Assembly: GCA_964643135.1 (NCBI GenBank)
Contig: CAZXPC010000002.1
Span: forward strand, 9,049-73,048
Length of the DNA: 64,000 nucleotides
Source of the DNA: an uncultured Candidatus Saccharibacteria bacterium
Lineage (GTDB): Bacteria > Patescibacteriota > Minisyncoccia > UBA6257 > Colwellbacteraceae
Direction: 5' to 3'
Position numbers and translations under genes: made by a program. The notes under the pieces are model-generated. The model had not been told where the DNA came from, searched no databases, and was given only the letters and a program-made list of their open reading frames with translations. This document shows, one piece after another, positions 19,247 through 28,452 of the stretch (its first letter is position 1; every line of letters begins with the position of its first letter).

Positions 19247-20110
19247 TTATTTCGAGGACAGACCCAGAGCTTTTCTTACATCGCGGCTGATCGAGAGGAA
19301 AGCGTCATAAGCATCTTTAATATCGGTTAGGGAATTTTCTAAATAATCTCTCGGGCCAAGCGCGGCAGCGTCCTGGTCAGCATTTGTCTTGGCGCTGTCG
19401 GAAGCTTTTAGAATAACGGCTTGAGCCTTGAGGTAATTAGCAGTGGCATCTTTAATGATATCAACGACTTTATCCAACCGAGGCTTGAAGTCGGTTATCT
19501 TAATTAGGTTTAACTTGCTTAGTTTAGAGATGTCTGATGTGATCTTACTTAGCCTGTTTGAAGCAGTCGAAATGGTGTCGTTGGCGTAGAAGAGAAGGGC
19601 GAAGTCGGCGATCTCATCAATTTTGCTGTTATAAGTATTGTTTCTAAAATCAATAACCTGTTTAGCAAAGGCTTTGACTGAATCAATGTCTGACAGGTTA
19701 GCGAAGTCAACTGAGACGCTATTATAAATCTGGAGATAATTATTCAAAAGGGCTGAATATTCCGCAGCCAGCTCGGCTTCGCGCGAACCTTCTTTAAACT
19801 TTGGTAGGCTGCTCAGGCTGTCTTGGAGATCGGTGACTTCTTTGATAGCGAGGCTGAGAGCGTCGCCGACAACTTTTTTTCTCGCCGCCAGCTCGTCGCT
19901 CGGAGAGAGGCTGTTTAGATCTTTAAGGTTGATCAAGGCATGGCTGGACGAGTCTACCTGGCTAGCAGCGTCTTTTAGGCCGCTCGAAACATTGGTGGCG
20001 CCGTCTTCTGTTGTCGCGCTAGGGGGCGGGTTGCCGGTTACGTCGGCTGCTGAGGCGCGGGCCAAGGAAATCAATATGATGGGCAGTATATAAAATATTC
20101 TTTTCATCAT
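19247..20110 (-). CDS. secreted hypothetical protein (last gene of the ECF sigma operon)
   Basis: 287 aa, signal peptide MMKRIFYILPIILISLARASA, low-complexity helical repeats. Confidence 0.6.
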   Translation of the reverse strand: MMKRIFYILPIILISLARASAADVTGNPPPSATTEDGATNVSSGLKDAASQVDSSSHALINLKDLNSLSPSDELAARKKVVGDALSLAIKEVTDLQDSLSSLPKFKEGSREAELAAEYSALLNNYLQIYNSVSVDFANLSDIDSVKAFAKQVIDFRNNTYNSKIDEIADFALLFYANDTISTASNRLSKITSDISKLSKLNLIKITDFKPRLDKVVDIIKDATANYLKAQAVILKASDSAKTNADQDAAALGPRDYLENSLTDIKDAYDAFLSISRDVRKALGLSSK

Positions 20111-20111
20111 T

Positions 20112-20726
20112 TTAAAAGGTGGCTTGGTTCAAAAGATTATCGACCTCTTGGTTTCGGTGAGGGCTGTTATAGCTGGCTTTATCCGATTCCTGTTTAATGA
20201 TCGCGCTATTGGTGTGGTCGTCATTGCTTGTCGATGCTTCATTAAGAGCGACATTCGATTTTGAAGCCGAAAGGGCGTAGTAATTTATTTGTTGCAGATG
20301 CACATCGATATCTTTATTGATCGTTCCCGCTTCTTTAATGAGATCGTTATTCTCGGCGTCGCTCAAAATAGGGGAGACGGGTGCTTTTAAGAATGTTGAA
20401 ATGCTGGCCATCGCGATTATAAGCAAGGTGGCGAGTCCGGTTGCGAAGGCAGGCATCCAATTCTTTTTGAATATATTCTGAGGCGCGAAAATTTCCTTTA
20501 ATGAAAGGCGTTTCGAGGTTGCTAATATTGTAGCCCGGCTCTTCAGCACAAAGGTATCGGCGGGAGAGATTTTGTTTAATGATAAAAGAGAAAACTTTAA
20601 GTCTGCCGACATTTCTGGGTGCGCATTTTTGCGAAGAACAAGGTTGCGGGAAAGAAGGCCGAAATCTTGATTCGGTTTTATTGTCTCGAGCGTTTTAATT
20701 TTTCCAACCAGTTCTTGTTCCTTCAT
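20112..20726 (-). CDS. single-pass membrane protein, putative anti-sigma factor
   Basis: 204 aa with one central TM helix. Lies 10 bp downstream of the ECF sigma gene. No conserved anti-sigma motif recognised; the call rests on position only. Confidence 0.4.
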   Translation of the reverse strand: MKEQELVGKIKTLETIKPNQDFGLLSRNLVLRKNAHPEMSADLKFSLLSLNKISPADTFVLKSRATILATSKRLSLKEIFAPQNIFKKNWMPAFATGLATLLIIAMASISTFLKAPVSPILSDAENNDLIKEAGTINKDIDVHLQQINYYALSASKSNVALNEASTSNDDHTNSAIIKQESDKASYNSPHRNQEVDNLLNQATF

Positions 20727-20736
20727 TTTTAATAGT

Positions 20737-21327
20737 TTAGCCGGCTGTGTGGTGTTTCAACTTGGTTTGTAGTCGTTTGATGGCTCGGTGTTGGGCTAAT
20801 TTGGTGGCGCCGACGGACTTGCCGATAACCTTGGCGACTTCTTCGTGGGGCAGGTCGTCGACAAACCTCATGATGATGATGTCGCGCTCCGTGTCGGTCA
20901 GCTCTTTCATGGCGGTCAAGACTTTGGCCCAGTCCATTTTGCGGTCGACGTCGATATCGATGGGCGTATCTGCTGAAGCGATTTCTTCGATATAATCCTC
21001 GATCTGAACTTCATTGCCGCTTCGGCTGACGCTGCGGTAATGGTCGATAACCAGATTCCGCGCGATCCGATAGAGCCAGGACCCGAAGGAGAAGCCTTCA
21101 AACACGTAATCATCGATATTCTCCCAGGCTCTCAGAAAGGCCAGATGGGTGAGATCTTCAGCCTCCTCACGATGGCTTACTTTAAGTAGGACGAACCTGT
21201 ATATCTTTGGAAGATAGTAGTCATAAAGTGAGCCAAAGGCATCGCCCTCCCCATCTTGCGCTCTTTCTACTAGTTGTTTTTCGTCCTCCATCATATGTAA
21301 CGTAATTGTTGTGGATAAGTTACCCAA
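20737..21327 (-). CDS. ECF-type RNA polymerase sigma-70 factor
   Basis: Region 2 (YLPKIYRFVLLKV...FLRAWENIDDY) and region 4 HTH (ERDIIIMRFVDDLPHEEVAKVIGKSVGATKLAQHRAIKRLQ). Confidence 0.85.
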   Translation of the reverse strand: MGNLSTTITLHMMEDEKQLVERAQDGEGDAFGSLYDYYLPKIYRFVLLKVSHREEAEDLTHLAFLRAWENIDDYVFEGFSFGSWLYRIARNLVIDHYRSVSRSGNEVQIEDYIEEIASADTPIDIDVDRKMDWAKVLTAMKELTDTERDIIIMRFVDDLPHEEVAKVIGKSVGATKLAQHRAIKRLQTKLKHHTAG

Positions 21328-21485
21328 GAATCTGTCAAAGGTAGATAAATGCTAGCTTAAATCGATTTTTGCCGCATCTCATCTACTATCAGGTTAGCAT
21401 AGATTTAGGCGAGTTTCGCTATTGACAAATATGGGTTATGCATGGTAGTTTTGCTTCGTAAGCCTAGGTTTGGTAAAGGCGGACC

Positions 21486-21523
21486 GGTGTCTGCCTCCAA
21501 TCCCTAAATCCGAGGCGGACACC
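21486..21523 (+). promoter_or_regulatory. 12-bp stem-loop in the 5' leader of the 21559 gene
   Basis: GGTGTCTGCCTC-N14-GAGGCGGACACC (one G.U). Confidence 0.3.
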
Positions 21524-21558
21524 TGTTCTTCTAACCGAACTGGGCTGGAGATGATCCA

Positions 21559-21873
21559 ATGACCCAGAACCCAAAGTACGATGCCTACTTCAAGCGCAAC
21601 CGGCAAGAGACCTGGGCGACCCTGATCGGCGTGGTCTTCGCGCCCATCGGCGTGCTCGTGAGCGGAGCGATCGCCTGGATGAACACTGAAGCCTTCGCGG
21701 TTGGTTTCCGGATCATCCTCGTTGCGCTTGCGTCCATGATCTGTTTCCTGATCCTGGGCTACGCTGCGCTCGGCCTTTACAGCAAGGTCGACGCAACGCC
21801 GTCCGAAGAATCGCAGGCAGATGACAAGTCTGTTCTCGCGAACTTCCCCCTTCCCAAGGGGCAGGCAGCTTGA
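21559..21873 (+). CDS. small two-TM membrane protein (GC-rich ORFan)
   Basis: 104 aa, ~58% GC, two hydrophobic helices. Confidence 0.5.
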   Translation: MTQNPKYDAYFKRNRQETWATLIGVVFAPIGVLVSGAIAWMNTEAFAVGFRIILVALASMICFLILGYAALGLYSKVDATPSEESQADDKSVLANFPLPKGQAA

Positions 21874-21919
21874 GCCGCTGGACCCACTAGACGCAAGTCT
21901 ACGTTGGGTCCAATTTTTA

Positions 21920-22954
21920 TTAAAGACCCCGTTTTATTTTTCTAACCTTTTCGATCGCGTAAGTTAGCCAGTATTTTGGTTTGAGTATCAAATCTTGGGC
22001 GTGGACATATTCTTCACTGTATCCGCCGAAGCCTTTTTTGAATAATGAAAGGCCGGCCCAGGGGTGATTTTTTGCGTTTTCCGGCGAAATGCCCCAGAAA
22101 TTGTAGAAGGAACAGCCGCGCCGTTTGGCTTCGCGAATCACGGCCCACTGCAAGAGATAGGCAGCGGTAATTTTGGGATATTTTAAGTTAGTTGCGCCCT
22201 GGTGGTAGAACGCTCCGCCGTTAGCGAAAATAATTATAGCGCTGGATATTATTTCTCCATTATATTGAGCAAAGAATATCAGCGCGTCATTTGTCTTAGC
22301 GAAAGCTTCGAATTCAGCTTCTAAATATTTTAAGGAGAAAGGCGTAAAGTGCTGGCGCTCGACTGTCGTGGTATAAATCTCATTAAATTTCTTTACGTCT
22401 TCCTGTTTTGCGCTGATCCCAATTGTAACACCATCTTTCTCGGCCTTATTGATTGAGTAACGCGTGGTTTTGCGCATATCTTTCAAGAGTTCAGGCTCAG
22501 TTTTTCCCAGATTAAGCACCCAGCAGAGCTCAGAATGCATATGTGTGGGCGCATTACGGAAGCCCAAGTCGCTAAACAATCTATCGTTTTCTGTGTTCTT
22601 GATGAGGATCGGGCTAACCCGAATGAACGAACACTTTTCCTGCAGTGCCAAGCCTTTCAAGTGGGTGATGAGATTTTCAATAATTTTAAATTTTAAATTT
22701 GAAATTTTAAATTCGTCGAAGATCGGTCCATGGGGGACGAAAAGGAACGATCCGCGCCGGGCGGTGATCTTTAAGACCAAGGCGACTGCAACCAAATTGT
22801 CATTTTCATAAATTCCCAAGCGATAAGCTTTTTCGCCGTGGCGAGTCGAAAAATCGCTCCAGTTCCAAGACTGCAGGAAGGTGTGGGGTTGAATGTTCTC
22901 CAGGAATGCATTCCAAGTTTCTCGCGATTCTATTTTCTTAATCAGGGGCGCCAT
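21920..22954 (-). CDS. FemAB-family peptidyltransferase (peptidoglycan interpeptide bridge formation)
   Basis: 344 aa, FemAB/GNAT-fold signature regions (WNWSDF..., FLFVPHGP, YLLQWAVIREAKRRGCSFYNFWG). Confidence 0.75.
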   Translation of the reverse strand: MAPLIKKIESRETWNAFLENIQPHTFLQSWNWSDFSTRHGEKAYRLGIYENDNLVAVALVLKITARRGSFLFVPHGPIFDEFKISNLKFKIIENLITHLKGLALQEKCSFIRVSPILIKNTENDRLFSDLGFRNAPTHMHSELCWVLNLGKTEPELLKDMRKTTRYSINKAEKDGVTIGISAKQEDVKKFNEIYTTTVERQHFTPFSLKYLEAEFEAFAKTNDALIFFAQYNGEIISSAIIIFANGGAFYHQGATNLKYPKITAAYLLQWAVIREAKRRGCSFYNFWGISPENAKNHPWAGLSLFKKGFGGYSEEYVHAQDLILKPKYWLTYAIEKVRKIKRGL

Positions 22955-23042
22955 ATATTCTAATTATTGTTTTGATACTTTATCTTATCCGCCTCACCAA
23001 TCACCTTCATTGACGATCGTTCATGAAGGATGTTTAGGCAAA

Positions 23043-24338
23043 TCATATATATTTTTTTAATTCTTGTTTTAGAAAATGAACAATTTTTTCCGCATCACGG
23101 TCGCTGATATTGATGTGGGTCGGCAAGTTCAGCGATTCAGCTGACGCCGCTTCGGCCTCCGGACAACTCGATGGGTTATAGCGCAGGGCGTCGTAGTTCA
23201 CTCCGTGTGGCGCGATGGTCGGCCGGTACCAATCGCCTAAGAGGATATTTTTTTTCCGCCCGTTGGCTAAGATTGCTTTGGCATGCGGAGTCAGAATCGT
23301 GTAGCGCAGATAGATGTGGTGCGAGTTCTTCTGTCTATCATTTCCCTGAGGCAATTTAATCAGCTTAGCTTTTTCAAAAAGTCGCAACGCCTGATCGTAG
23401 AATTGAACTAGCCTGGTCCGATGGTCATTAAATTTGTGGAGTTTTCTTAGTTGATGCAGGGCGAGCACTGCCATAGCGTTTGGCATTAAGCCCAAGAGCT
23501 GTTCGGCCTTGCCGCCGGTTTTTTCAGCTTTGTAGATGGCCTTGGGGAAAATGCCGATGGTTTTGAGGCTTTCCAGCAGGGCTTTGCCGAATTTGGCGCG
23601 GTTGTAGTTGGGCAGAATGACATGATTTAAAAGCAGAGGATGCAAAAGCTGTTTTACCACCCAGAGAGGGCTGGGGAGCGTTAGTTTTTCTCGGACAGAT
23701 TCGATTTTTTTTGATAGGAAAAAGTTGTTGGTGACAAGCATGCCGCCTACCACACCGGAGATAACTTTGTCGCGGCCGAAGCTAAAGATCGCCATGTCGC
23801 CAATTGTGCCGGTTAGTTTCCGGTCGTAGGCGCTGCCCAATGAATGGGCGCAGTCTTCGATCACGGTGATATTTCTTTTTTTGGCGAGCAGCATGATGCG
23901 GCGCATATCTGCGGGCAGGCCAAAGGTATGCTGGACGATAATAGTCTTGGTTTTGTCTGTTATTTTTTTAGAGAGGTCGTCGACTGACATATTAAATGTT
24001 TCTCGATCAATATCGGCGTAGATTGGCGTAGCGCCGGTCCAGAGCACGGCGTTAGGCACGGCGGCGCAAGTATAAGCCTGGAGAATAACCTCATCGCCCG
24101 CTCCAAGGCCGAGAGTTTGCAGTGCTGCATAAAGCGCTCCACGACCGCTCCGGAAGGTGTATGCGAACTTTACTCCTAAAAACTTTTTAAATTTGTCTTC
24201 GAGTTGCGAGGCCGCGGTTCCCTTTACTAAGTAGGCCGGATTTAAAAGCAATTTTTGCGCGAGAACAATATCGTCCCGTTCGGTGTTGGGGGAGAGGGCA
24301 ATCGAGATGGGTCTATGCGGATTCTTTTTTTGGTTCAT
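23043..24338 (-). CDS. DegT/DnrJ/EryC1/StrS-family PLP-dependent aminotransferase
   Basis: GDEVILQAYTCAAVPNAVLWTGATPIYADID, DCAHSLGS, SFGRDKVISGVVGG (PLP Lys region); ~180-aa C-terminal extension. Confidence 0.75.
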   Translation of the reverse strand: MNQKKNPHRPISIALSPNTERDDIVLAQKLLLNPAYLVKGTAASQLEDKFKKFLGVKFAYTFRSGRGALYAALQTLGLGAGDEVILQAYTCAAVPNAVLWTGATPIYADIDRETFNMSVDDLSKKITDKTKTIIVQHTFGLPADMRRIMLLAKKRNITVIEDCAHSLGSAYDRKLTGTIGDMAIFSFGRDKVISGVVGGMLVTNNFFLSKKIESVREKLTLPSPLWVVKQLLHPLLLNHVILPNYNRAKFGKALLESLKTIGIFPKAIYKAEKTGGKAEQLLGLMPNAMAVLALHQLRKLHKFNDHRTRLVQFYDQALRLFEKAKLIKLPQGNDRQKNSHHIYLRYTILTPHAKAILANGRKKNILLGDWYRPTIAPHGVNYDALRYNPSSCPEAEAASAESLNLPTHINISDRDAEKIVHFLKQELKKYI

Positions 24339-24344
24339 CGGCTA

Positions 24345-25985
24345 TTATTCTTGCATATTTTCGATGTCTTTTACTAATTCGTAGGGCAGTCTGCCTTCGA
24401 GCAGAAGGACATCTCCTTTTTCCGCGACCAGTTTAATTTTATGCATAATTTCCGACGGATTTTCCAGATGGATGATTCGGTCGCCCGCATCGCCGACGAC
24501 TTTTCCCGCGCCTCGCCGAATATCGTGGAAGCGTTCACGAGTGGTGATGATCGCGAGATCAACAGTTTTGCCTAAAAGTTCGCCGATGTGTTCATGGATT
24601 CTGACCGAGGCTGATCCGAGCTCTATTAAGCACGGCATAATAACAATCTTCTTGGCGCCCCAGGTTTTCAGATACTCTAAATGAGCTTCGACGGCGGTGG
24701 GGTTCGAGGAGTAGGTTGAATTGATGACATTAATACCATTGGTTTTTTTGATGCTCATCGTGCCCTTCAGAGCATCGATTTTGAAAGCCCCGCGCGCGAT
24801 TTCAGGAAGCTTCATGCCGAGCGCTTCGGCCGTTGCGGCGGCGAGCAGGATGTTTTCGATATTGTGGCGTCCCAAAAGATTAACCATAAAGTCGGCGCCC
24901 TTTGAATCCTTGGTTGAAATGACATGAAATTTTATTTTATCGGGCCTGACTTCGATATTCTCGGCGCGAATATCCCGGCGTTCCGGGTTAATAATATTCA
25001 CCAAAGTCGGCGCATAGGCAATTTTCTTAGGAACTTGAGCTTTTTTCCAAAGCTCGTAGGCATATTTGTTGTTGCCATTAAAAATGGCCAGGCCCTGCTG
25101 TCCTTTTTGGCTGGGCAAGGCTTCTAACAGTTCTTCGCCGCCCTCGGCCTTCAAGAGATTTTCCATCGAACCGAAAAGCGACAAGTGCTGTTCGTTAGCC
25201 CCGACGAAAATGCCGATCTTCGGCCTCACGATGTTGCAGATATCTCTAACTTCGCCTTTCACATAAGCGCCGATCTCGCAGATAAAGATTTCGTGTTCTG
25301 GCTTTAGATCACTCAATATAAAATTAGCAATTCCGATTTCGGTATTGACGTGTTCGGGAGTTTTTACCACTTTAAATTTATCTTTCAAAATTGTGTAAAG
25401 AAATTCTTTGGTCGAAGTTTTGCCGTAACTGCCGGTGATGCCGATTACGAGCAAGTCCTTTAGTCCGGCGCGCTTGGCTTTAGCCGCTTCGATAACTCTC
25501 CGGCGGAGAAAAAGATTAAGTGGTTTGAGAGCCGCGACCATAACCAGGACGATGATGGGGACAAGAATATCAGAACCGAGCAGATAGGAGGGGAGGAAGG
25601 CGATGGGCGCGTTCAGGTAGCTCCAGATCGCCCAGGCCAATTCGATTAACAGGATTCCGCCCATGAGGGGGGTTGATTTTGGGGTTAAAGTTGGGCGCTT
25701 TAGCTGCTTTAAATAAACAGCTTTGACAGTTAAAACCGAATCGGCGAGGTAAATTATAAATATTAAATAGAATATCCCGCCAAAAAATGGCGAAATTAAC
25801 AAAGCAACTATTTTGGCGATCAGGATCGGGTTAAGAAGAATCCTTCTGCCTTTTTCGGTTTGAAAATGATCGAGCAGCCTATCAACTCGGTATTCCTTAA
25901 GCTGGAGCAAGTAAAGCCAAAAAAGGCTCGCTTTTACCGTGTTCAGAAGCCATAAAATTAATACAGCGTAGAGTAAGATATCCAT
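24345..25985 (-). CDS. Mur-ligase-family protein (MurF-like) with ~170-aa N-terminal multi-TM extension
   Basis: GITGSYGKTSTKE P-loop, Mur ligase middle and C-terminal domains; N-terminal 4-5 hydrophobic helices. Confidence 0.7.
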   Translation of the reverse strand: MDILLYAVLILWLLNTVKASLFWLYLLQLKEYRVDRLLDHFQTEKGRRILLNPILIAKIVALLISPFFGGIFYLIFIIYLADSVLTVKAVYLKQLKRPTLTPKSTPLMGGILLIELAWAIWSYLNAPIAFLPSYLLGSDILVPIIVLVMVAALKPLNLFLRRRVIEAAKAKRAGLKDLLVIGITGSYGKTSTKEFLYTILKDKFKVVKTPEHVNTEIGIANFILSDLKPEHEIFICEIGAYVKGEVRDICNIVRPKIGIFVGANEQHLSLFGSMENLLKAEGGEELLEALPSQKGQQGLAIFNGNNKYAYELWKKAQVPKKIAYAPTLVNIINPERRDIRAENIEVRPDKIKFHVISTKDSKGADFMVNLLGRHNIENILLAAATAEALGMKLPEIARGAFKIDALKGTMSIKKTNGINVINSTYSSNPTAVEAHLEYLKTWGAKKIVIMPCLIELGSASVRIHEHIGELLGKTVDLAIITTRERFHDIRRGAGKVVGDAGDRIIHLENPSEIMHKIKLVAEKGDVLLLEGRLPYELVKDIENMQE

Positions 25986-25996
25986 CCTAATCTAAT

Positions 25997-26821
25997 CTAC
26001 ACTGATTTCGCAAAGTTGTATATTAGTTCAGCGAGTTCATGGGGGTGATAGAGGTTGATGGCGTGCGGCGCGCCGGGGATAACGTGGAGTTTAGAGCCCT
26101 TGATTTCGCGATTGATGGTGTAGGCATTGTCTATCGGCGTGGCTTTATCTTTATCACCCCAGATAATTAAAGTCGGTGCCTCTATCTTATGAAGCAGAGG
26201 AGTGAGATTCTCTTTTAAGACCAGCTGCATGGTTTGGCGCATCACGCCTTCGGCCCGCTCATAGTCGCGCGAACGGACGACAAATTTATAGAAAGCTTTA
26301 CGCGCGGTTTTATAAAATGGCAGACGAGAGGCCGGGCCGCCTATTTTTGATAAGCTTTTAATTATATTAACTTTAAGGCTGGTTTTGCCCGCTCCAGTTC
26401 GAGCAGCTGAAACCAAAACTAACTTTTTAACTAAACTCGGGTGCTCAATTGCAAGCTTCGCGGCGAGGCTCCCGCCGAAAGAATGGCCGACAATAATAAC
26501 TGGCGTGGGGATTTGCTCTGCCTTAATAAAGTCCAAAAGCCACTTCAGGTAGTCTTCGCTCGTCCACGGTTTAGGCGGCGCTTCGCTTTCCCCAAAGCCA
26601 GGCATATCGGGAACAACTACTTTGTAGCCCCTTTCTACCAGATCGTCTTGGACCTTTCCCCAAGATTTGGTCGTCGCCCCCCAGCCGTGGAGGATGAGAA
26701 TATTTTCGCCGGAACCTTTGGTAACTACGTGGATTTTCCCCATAGATTTATTATACCCCGGAAATGGTGAGCCACTTTCTCCTTTTTGCTTCTTCTGATA
26801 AAGAGTTCCCACGGTCAACAA
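25997..26821 (-). CDS. alpha/beta-fold hydrolase
   Basis: ILILHGWG, nucleophile elbow GHSFGG, C-terminal His. Confidence 0.8.
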   Translation of the reverse strand: MLTVGTLYQKKQKGESGSPFPGYNKSMGKIHVVTKGSGENILILHGWGATTKSWGKVQDDLVERGYKVVVPDMPGFGESEAPPKPWTSEDYLKWLLDFIKAEQIPTPVIIVGHSFGGSLAAKLAIEHPSLVKKLVLVSAARTGAGKTSLKVNIIKSLSKIGGPASRLPFYKTARKAFYKFVVRSRDYERAEGVMRQTMQLVLKENLTPLLHKIEAPTLIIWGDKDKATPIDNAYTINREIKGSKLHVIPGAPHAINLYHPHELAELIYNFAKSV

Positions 26822-27515
26822 CTATCGGCATAAGCGAATATTCGAGCATCGGCAGATCATTCTTGCTGTCGCCAACAGCGATGGCGGGTTTATTTACAGG
26901 GTCAATATATTTCTTGATGCAATCTACTTTCCCTGGTCCGATCGAGAAAGGTTTCGTTATTTCTTCGGTCAGTTTGCTGTCTTTTTCGACTGATCTTAGC
27001 CCGATGCAGGGAAATTCCAAGCCAAAATATTTTAGGGCTGCCTTAACAACAATTTCCGATGAGGCGGTGATGATCCAGATAGGCAGGCCGTGGGTATTGA
27101 GGAGCTTTAAAAGTTGGAATATCTTTTCGCGTGGCTTGATGCCTTTAGCGATGGAGACCCCGAACAGACTCCTTTCTCCGATTTCTTCACCTTCCTTTTC
27201 TATAGTTTTAGCCACCAGGCTGGTTATTTCATTTTCGGTATAACCGGCGAGAGTTCGAACAGCGAAAAGATAGGCATCTTCCATTGAGCCATCTTTGAGC
27301 AGTCTGTGATATTCCAGAAAGATATTTTTATGATAATCGGCAGGTTCGGGTTTGTCGCTTAACAAGTTTTGGTTTCTGATCAGTTCCATCTCGCACATAT
27401 AGGCGAGTAAGGCCTCTTCAATATCATTTACGATGCAGGTGTTATCGAAATCAACAGCCGCGAAGTCATTATCTTTTTTCTCAGCGGCTATTTTAGAGGC
27501 TATTTCGTTAATCAT
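26751..27515 (-). CDS. HAD-superfamily hydrolase (subfamily IB-like)
   Basis: DFDNT (motif I), VGDSKNDLPML (motif III). The longer track ORF (to 27632) reads through tRNA-Gly, so the start is taken at MINEIASK (27515). Confidence 0.75.
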   Translation of the reverse strand: MINEIASKIAAEKKDNDFAAVDFDNTCIVNDIEEALLAYMCEMELIRNQNLLSDKPEPADYHKNIFLEYHRLLKDGSMEDAYLFAVRTLAGYTENEITSLVAKTIEKEGEEIGERSLFGVSIAKGIKPREKIFQLLKLLNTHGLPIWIITASSEIVVKAALKYFGLEFPCIGLRSVEKDSKLTEEITKPFSIGPGKVDCIKKYIDPVNKPAIAVGDSKNDLPMLEYSLMPIVVDRGNSLSEEAKRRKWLTISGV

Positions 27516-27520
27516 TTCTG

Positions 27521-27591
27521 AGCGAGTAGCGGGAATCGAACCCGCGGCGCCAGTTTGGAAAACTGGGGTATTGCCACTATACGATACTCGC
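27521..27591 (-). tRNA. tRNA-Gly (anticodon TCC)
   Basis: rc folds as GCGAGTA/TACTCGC acceptor, D-arm GTAT-AGTGGCA-ATAC, anticodon arm CCAGT-TTTCCAA-ACTGG, T-arm GCGGG-TTCGATT-CCCGC. CCA not encoded. Confidence 0.9.
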
Positions 27592-27651
27592 GAAGGCGTA
27601 AGAATGATATCTATTCTTTTAGAAAAATTCAACGCAAAGCCCGATCAAGGC

Positions 27652-27819
27652 TTATTTCGGCGGCAAGTCTGTTGGTCCGCCCACATGTGGCGCGGCAGTT
27701 GGTCCGCGGAAGGTTTGCGAAGCAGTTTCTGTCGGCACGAATAAAATGACACCCAGAAGAATCAAAACGATGATTCCACCTAAAGCGACGAGAATGATGC
27801 CGATTTTATTTTTATTCAT
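27652..27819 (-). CDS. small (55-aa) single-TM protein, hypothetical
   Basis: MNKNKIGIILVALGGIIVLILLGVILFVP...; below the ORF-track cutoff. Confidence 0.3.
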   Translation of the reverse strand: MNKNKIGIILVALGGIIVLILLGVILFVPTETASQTFRGPTAAPHVGGPTDLPPK

Positions 27820-27876
27820 AAAACTTTATCTAATGAATTTATCCTGAATGAGTGTTAAAATCAATACAGCAAGACT

Positions 27877-28332
27877 ATGGAAAATATTGAATTTCTAGTG
27901 CCCGAATTTGAACATCGTGAGAAATCGATCATCTGGTACGTTGATTTTGGATTAATCATCGCTATTTTCATAATTTTCGCCATTTTAACCAAAACTTTTA
28001 TTTTCATCGCTGTGGTGGTTCTGGGAGCTGTTTCGATAATTGTGCGAGACGAGATGAAGCCTAAGGATATCCTCTTGGCAATTCATGACGACGGGGTATA
28101 TCTAGGCAATAAAATATATCCCTATAAGGAAATTAAGAACTATTCGATTGATAAAATTGGCGGCCAGTCGCATTTCACTTTTACTCCGAGCGGCCGCTGG
28201 CAGACGCAGCTTCGGTTTCAACTCAATGGCGTCGACTCCTCAAAAATCAGAGGAAAATTGAATAATTTATTAACTGAGGTAGAATACCAGGAATCTTTAC
28301 TAGACGCTGTAGTAAGATTGATAGGTTTGTAG
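27877..28332 (+). CDS. hypothetical membrane protein
   Basis: 151 aa, two TM helices near the N-terminus. Confidence 0.5.
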   Translation: MENIEFLVPEFEHREKSIIWYVDFGLIIAIFIIFAILTKTFIFIAVVVLGAVSIIVRDEMKPKDILLAIHDDGVYLGNKIYPYKEIKNYSIDKIGGQSHFTFTPSGRWQTQLRFQLNGVDSSKIRGKLNNLLTEVEYQESLLDAVVRLIGL

Positions 28333-28342
28333 GCGCGACCCT

Positions 28343-28414
28343 GCTCTCGTCGTTCAACGGATAGGACGCCTCCCTGCGAAGGAGGAAATTGAGGTTCAAT
28401 TCCTCATGAGAGCA
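28343..28414 (+). tRNA. tRNA-Arg (anticodon GCG)
   Basis: GCTCTCG/TGAGAGC acceptor, anticodon arm CCTCC-CTGCGAA-GGAGG, T-arm TGAGG-TTCAATT-CCTCA. Confidence 0.85.
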
Positions 28415-28452
28415 CAACTCAGGGCGAGGTTCCAGAGACCTGGCTTCTTACC

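Noticed and set aside
26764-27243. Plus-strand ORF 26764-27243 and the longer minus ORF start at 27632
   Set aside because: The plus ORF is antisense to the HAD hydrolase gene. The 27632 start would translate through tRNA-Gly (27521-27591), so the HAD start was moved to 27515.
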